Positions 60,242-64,000 of a DNA stretch of 64,000 bases are shown here, piece after piece. The position numbers were made by a program, and so were the translations under genes. The notes under the pieces were generated by a model. The model had not been told where the DNA came from and did no database searches. It saw only the letters and a program-made list of their open reading frames with translations. The number at the start of each line of letters is the position of its first letter. The stretch's first letter is position 1. Source of the DNA: Sphaerodactylus townsendi (taxonomy: Eukaryota); NCBI RefSeq assembly GCF_021028975.2, contig NC_059439.1, positions 23,312,001 through 23,376,000 of the forward strand, read 5' to 3'.

Positions 60242-60626
60242 CAGCCCAATCAGGAGCAGGATGGGATGGAAGGTTGCCCCCACTGATTTCCCCGTCCTGG
60301 GACACTTACACCAGCTGAGTGGAAAATCCATTGCAGACCAGCTACCACAGCCCTCAATGGTGGGCAGGCACGATGCAGACTGCCACACCGGCATTCCTGT
60401 GTCCCCACTGCAAGCATAATGGGTGCCTGCTGGAGGTGCCAGAAGTTTGGGTTTACACCATCCTTTTAGGTGGTACAAGCCCATAGAGCCCAATGGATGG
60501 CTGCTCAACAGCAGGAGGCTTTTTTTATTTTTAGCCTTCTTGCACTGCTGAGAAGCCGTCCTGCAGGCAGTGGGGCAGTGCCAAAATAATGCTGTGGTCC
60601 ACGGCCTGAAGCTCTGTATTGGGCTG
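60242..60626. mobile_element. Probable MITE with CAGCCCAAT termini
   Basis: CAGCCCAAT / ATTGGGCTG inverted ends around GC-richer interior; a similar element at ~34805-35862. Confidence 0.45.
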
Positions 60627-62324
60627 CTCATTGAGTGGTCTCACTTGTGTTTTACATCTTCTATTTCATTTAAATAGATTAGGCTGTGGCTAAAATCAAT
60701 AGAATATAATGGGCCTTACTTCTGAGTAGACTGGCTTAGGAGTGCTCCCTCAGATACCAATACCTACCAGTTTCACAAACCTGAGGTAAAAGATTTATAG
60801 GTGTTGTCCTTTATAGACCACCTTACTTTTAAAACATTGTATGGTTTAAATTAATGCCTCATTGATACCTCATATGTCTATACTTTGTGTCATGGAATAG
60901 GATCCTCAAGGTTGAAAACATCATATGGATAGCAGAGACAACCACTGCTGTATTCTTCTGCTTGTGTTCCAGAATTCTTTAATGACCGTATTTTAAGAAA
61001 ATGCCATATTTTTGAATGCTTTTGTGATGCTTTTCTCATCTGTCTCATTTGATTATTTTTTTATCATAGGCACATTTTCCTCTACCCACCTAATTTCTAT
61101 AGAAACAAGCTCCAAATTGACAAAAAACATAAGATCATGGATATTATTTTGATTCAGCTAAATAATGTCTGAAGATAATGCTCCACTAGTTTTAGAAAAG
61201 CTAAAGGCAGATAAATTTGGCTGTCACAAAGTTGGCCATATCTTCTTTGAGCTAAAGAGGCCCGCCATATTGGTGGCATATTTCTCCCCCCTTTTTATAT
61301 AAAGGGACCCTAATTGGCTTATTCCTTTAGAGATAGTGTGGCTATGTTGCCACAGTGCTGTCCCAGGCCATCCTGTCAGGAGAAAGGAGACCTAAATAAA
61401 ACTGCGGTGAAGATAAACCAGGCCTATTAGTACTTCAAACTCAAGCTAGTTTTCAGGCAACCATGCCAAAGTTTATTGAAATAGTAAGAGTGCTGTGTAA
61501 GAGTACTGGAGAGGGACATTCCCTAAAAGGAAAATGGTCCTCTGCCACATGCAAGGGATCTCTTTCCCACCTCATGCACCACTCAGAACCTAGCTTCTTA
61601 TGGCCCATAAGGTCCATGGATATTAAACATTATGTTTCCAGATATATCATGCTGTCTTTGGTTTGTACAACCATCGTTTATTGGCATTTATTGTAGCATA
61701 CAGTTATGGCTCAGCCTGGTCTGGCTGGGGACCTCTGAGAGGAAGGCTCAGATGGAGAGGAGGGGACAGTTATGGTTCCAGATTCCCAGGCACTGACTGT
61801 AAACGCAGAGCCTGAGCAGTCAGTAGTTCCTGCAGGACCAGGTCCAGGAACTCAGGCAGAGCATTCAGGCTGGGATCCACAGCCAGGTCCAAGCTCTGAG
61901 ATTCCCCAGCCAGGGTCTAGCTCTGAGACTCTTCAGCCTCTTGATACTAAGCCAGAGGGGACCCTGCCAGCTCCATCACCGCCCCGTCTCCAGAGCCCCA
62001 GGAGCAACACAGGAGGAGACTGCATACTAGTTTACAGCAAAGGAGACACAGCAGCAGGTTAGCAGCTATGGGGCAAGCATAGTATTGGATGCAAAGTATT
62101 TTCAGGAGCCAGACTAAAGTAACCCAGCTGCAAGAGGCTATTGCACTAGTGAATGGGAGGCTGGCTATAAAAGAGAGGCTGCAGCTGAGCTAGCTTGTGG
62201 CAGCAGTGCTGTGGTTCAGTTTGCATGTCACTGTTTCTGGCCTTGTCTTGATTCCAGACTCTGTGGTAGATTGGCAGATTTGGATTGAGATGGTTATGTA
62301 CTCAATATGCCATATGGGGAATTT

Positions 62325-62703
62325 TCATCTGAATTTCCTCAACACTTTGGCCAAAGCTCCTTTGACATCTTTGTTCCTCAAGCTATAGATGATGGGGTTC
62401 AGCATAGGGGAGACCAAAGCATAAAAGACTGAGGCCCTCTTCTCTTGATCTGCAGAACGGTTAGACCGGGGCTGCAAGTATGTAAAGCCGATGGTGCTAT
62501 AGAACAATGTGACAACAATGAGATGTGTAGCGCAGGTAGAAAATGCTCGTTGGCGTCCCTCACCTGAGCACATTCTGAGTACCACTCTGGAAATATGGAT
62601 ATATGAGATCACTATGAAGGTAAAAGGCAGCATGAGAACAACCACACTCAGTGCAAATATGAGAATCTCCACACTGTAGGTGTCCATGCAGGCCAGTGGC
62701 AAC
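62325..62703 (-). CDS. Olfactory receptor C-terminal part; 5' ~185 codons missing at N-gap 62704-62785
   Basis: LACMDT...SYIHI...[10 protein letters not shown]...[19 protein letters not shown]; the ORF-track N-terminus is MITE and flank sequence. Confidence 0.85.
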
Positions 62704-62785
62704 NNNNNNNNNNNNNNNNNNNNNNNNNNNNNNNNNNNNNNNNNNNNNNNNNNNNNNNNNNNNNNNNNNNNNNNNNNNNNNNNNN

Positions 62786-62924
62786 GGAAGCCGCCCTGGG
62801 GGGAGGGAAGCGGAGTCAGGTCGCCGCTGCTGCGTTGCAGCAGCGGGGCCTGTGCGAAAGGCGGCCTGGGGGCGCCTTTTTTGGCGCCCCCAGGCCGTCG
62901 TAAAACGGCCGTGCAGAAGCGGCC
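62786..62924. mobile_element. GC-rich Harbinger-like MITE, right half
   Basis: Ends in GGCCGTGCAGAAGCGGCC. Confidence 0.7.
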
Positions 62925-63160
62925 AGAGAGAATGTGATACTCGGGACATTGTGCCTCACATGGAAACCAGAGTATAGGAAGTGAAACAGGCATATTGGTT
63001 GGACCCAGAGATAAAATAAAAAAGAACAACAAATGATGTGCTATTTTTAATACAAGAAGAATACCATTTTATTTCTTTTCATTTTTCCCTATTTCATTAA
63101 AACAGAAGCACATACGGCTATGTCAGTTTGTGAACTATTTCAATCTATGAGAAGCATGCA

Positions 63161-64000
63161 TTACAATTCGTTAGGTGACCAGAATTTCTGACCCCACTTT
63201 CTCAGCGCTTCCTTCACCTCTTTGTTCCTTAAACAGTATATTAGGGGATTGATCATCGGAGTCATGACAGTGTAGAAAAAGGAGAACACTTTTGATGACC
63301 CCTTCATGGAGGGGTCTTCTGGAAGGAGATACACAATCATTAAAGTGACATAGAAAATGGTTACAACAAGAAGGTGGGAGGAGCAGGTTGAAAACGTCTT
63401 CTGTTTCCCTGTGGTTGTGGGGATTCTCAGGATGACTGATAGGATGCAAATGTAAGATGCTATGGTCAACAGAAATGGAGGCAAAGTGAATATAGAACAC
63501 AACAAAAAGGCTATCTGCATAACCAGGGATATGTCACTACAAGCTAACTTGCTCAGTGGTACAAAATCACAGTAGAAATGGTCAATTCCATTGAAGCCAC
63601 AGTAGGTTAACTGTGACAGCCATATAACCACAACTGAGACTGAAAAACAACCACTTATCCAAGAACCAGCTGCTAAAGAGATACATGCTTTGTTATTCAT
63701 ATGGAAGTGATATTGCAATGGTTTGCAAATAGCTAAATATCGATCGTAAGACATTACAGATAAGAGACAAGTTTCTGCAGTCACCAGAAAGCCAAATAAA
63801 TATAACTGTGTAAAACAAGCAAATAAAGACATGGCTCTATTCCCTGTCAGGAAACTTGCTAGCATTCTGGGCAGGATGGTTGAGGTGTAACAAATCTCCA
63901 AACAGGACAAGTTCCCCAGGAAGAAGTACATGGGGATGTGAAGATGCCTGTCAGTCACAACTAGCACAACTATAAGGAGATTCCCCATTACAGTAATGAC
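63161..64000 (-). CDS. Olfactory receptor (family 6/11-like), 5' end beyond the window
   Basis: GNLLIV, LHIPMYFFLGNLS, MSYDRYLAICKPLQY, HFYCD, KTFSTCSSHL, PMINPLIYCLRNKEVK; frame stays open to the window edge. Confidence 0.93.
   Translation of the reverse strand, partial: VITVMGNLLIVVLVVTDRHLHIPMYFFLGNLSCLEICYTSTILPRMLASFLTGNRAMSLFACFTQLYLFGFLVTAETCLLSVMSYDRYLAICKPLQYHFHMNNKACISLAAGSWISGCFSVSVVVIWLSQLTYCGFNGIDHFYCDFVPLSKLACSDISLVMQIAFLLCSIFTLPPFLLTIASYICILSVILRIPTTTGKQKTFSTCSSHLLVVTIFYVTLMIVYLLPEDPSMKGSSKVFSFFYTVMTPMINPLIYCLRNKEVKEALRKWGQKFWSPNEL

Noticed and set aside
61700-62290. Possible solo LTR or Pro/Ser-rich ORF (61772-62062)
   Set aside because: TATA-like site and short internal repeats are suggestive, but I could not identify TG...CA ends, a TSD or protein homology

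Overview
This is vertebrate genomic DNA. The SINE/LINE/MITE content points to a squamate reptile, probably a gecko (inference). The window is a chemosensory receptor cluster. It has ten class-A olfactory receptor (OR) coding regions: seven complete, two cut by assembly gaps and one cut by the window edge. It also has one apparently intact six-exon vomeronasal type-2 receptor (V2R, class-C GPCR, 868 aa after manual splicing) on the minus strand, contiguous with an OR. Intergenic DNA is full of L2, CR1, Rex1/Babar, other non-LTR RT and Penelope fragments, tRNA-derived SINEs, and hAT and PIF/Harbinger-like MITEs. Six N-gaps break contiguity, and four of them sit in or against GC-rich palindromic MITEs. 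I found no clear wholly new system. The best candidates for follow-up are: (i) a chain of two uORFs linked by ATGA stop/start overlaps in front of an OR, one made by a 125-bp duplication of the OR's own N-terminus; (ii) a minimal hammerhead ribozyme in a Penelope insertion; (iii) a tailless 7SK retrocopy with a scrambled 5' junction; (iv) an orphan OR upstream module suggesting a paralog hidden in a gap; (v) a five-copy exon-shaped module whose junctions carry retroelement insertions; (vi) near-identical MITE copies. All family assignments come from recalled motifs, not database searches.
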